In this document: positions 63,669 through 64,000 of the stretch, in pieces
Layout: the number at the start of each line of letters is the position of its first letter
How positions within the stretch are numbered: the first letter of the stretch is position 1
Origin: a virus
Lineage: Duplodnaviria; Caudoviricetes
Strand: one strand, 5' to 3'
Length of the DNA: 64,000 bases
IMG/VR virus record: IMGVR_UViG_2885593961_000002
Coordinates: 14,432 to 78,431 of that record
Notes under the pieces: model-generated
Told to the model about the DNA's origin: nothing
What the model saw: the letters and a program-made list of their open reading frames with translations, nothing else
The model's database searches: none
Translations under genes and position numbers: made by a program

Positions 63669-64000
63669 AGCGTACAGGGCTTGCGTTGTTGGGGTTCGTG
63701 TGGGGTTTGCTGGTCACCTGGGCATCAGGCTACACATTCAGCCACATTCACTGGCCCACGCCTCCCTCACACTCGACGGGCTGCAACGACCTGGAGCATT
63801 GCGGCTCTCATGCCGCTTTTTTCCTGGTGACACTGGGATTACTAATTTGGCCTGCCATTGTGTTCTGCGTGTTGAATGCAGTCGCTTATAAGCGATGGTC
63901 GAATCGGAAATGGGGCACCGTGTTTGCCGTTGTGACGCTATTCGTCGTGTTGTTCTATCTCGCCACCTACGCCGTACCTGCGTTGGGCCCCTTCGGCTGA
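63665..64000 (+). CDS. membrane protein, putative immunity protein
   Basis: ATGA overlap with the effector gene; 3 TM helices and a loop containing CNDLEHC. Confidence 0.65.
   Translation: MKRTGLALLGFVWGLLVTWASGYTFSHIHWPTPPSHSTGCNDLEHCGSHAAFFLVTLGLLIWPAIVFCVLNAVAYKRWSNRKWGTVFAVVTLFVVLFYLATYAVPALGPFG

Noticed and set aside
1-64000. Integrase, att sites, tRNA or rRNA genes, DNA polymerase
   Set aside because: None recognised. They may lie outside the window, so lifestyle (temperate or lytic) cannot be called.

Overview
The window is almost entirely one tailed dsDNA (siphovirus-type) phage or prophage. GC content looks high (about 60% by eye), and a Burkholderiales-like host is an inference only. 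Layout: (1) 0.3-24.1 kb is a leftward arm: 5'-3' exonuclease, putative SSB, SF2 helicase, HTH and KTSC proteins, a Topo VI-A/Spo11-like protein and about 35 small unknown early genes. (2) 21.9-24.5 kb is a motif-dense control or terminus region. (3) An HNH-AP2 endonuclease, then a leftward primase-helicase and a putative terminase small subunit. (4) 28.6-51.9 kb is a rightward lambda-like head and tail module. (5) 51.9-55.9 kb is a separately promoted four-gene unit: a tail fibre ending in NCNCNCACT fused to a Hint (intein-like) domain, an accessory protein, a radical SAM/SPASM enzyme and a coiled-coil protein. (6) A GH19 lysis cassette with embedded spanins, then three more virion-type genes including a GH8-like depolymerase candidate. 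(7) A PAAR / Tae4-like amidase / membrane protein cassette. No integrase, att site, tRNA, rRNA or CRISPR array was seen. The strongest novelty candidates are the Hint + Cys-rich fibre + radical SAM unit, a genome-wide ACCACCAC translation-initiation motif with a possible antisense RNA, and an 11-copy palindromic operator confined to the early arm. All calls come from reading motifs by eye; no database search or computation was run.
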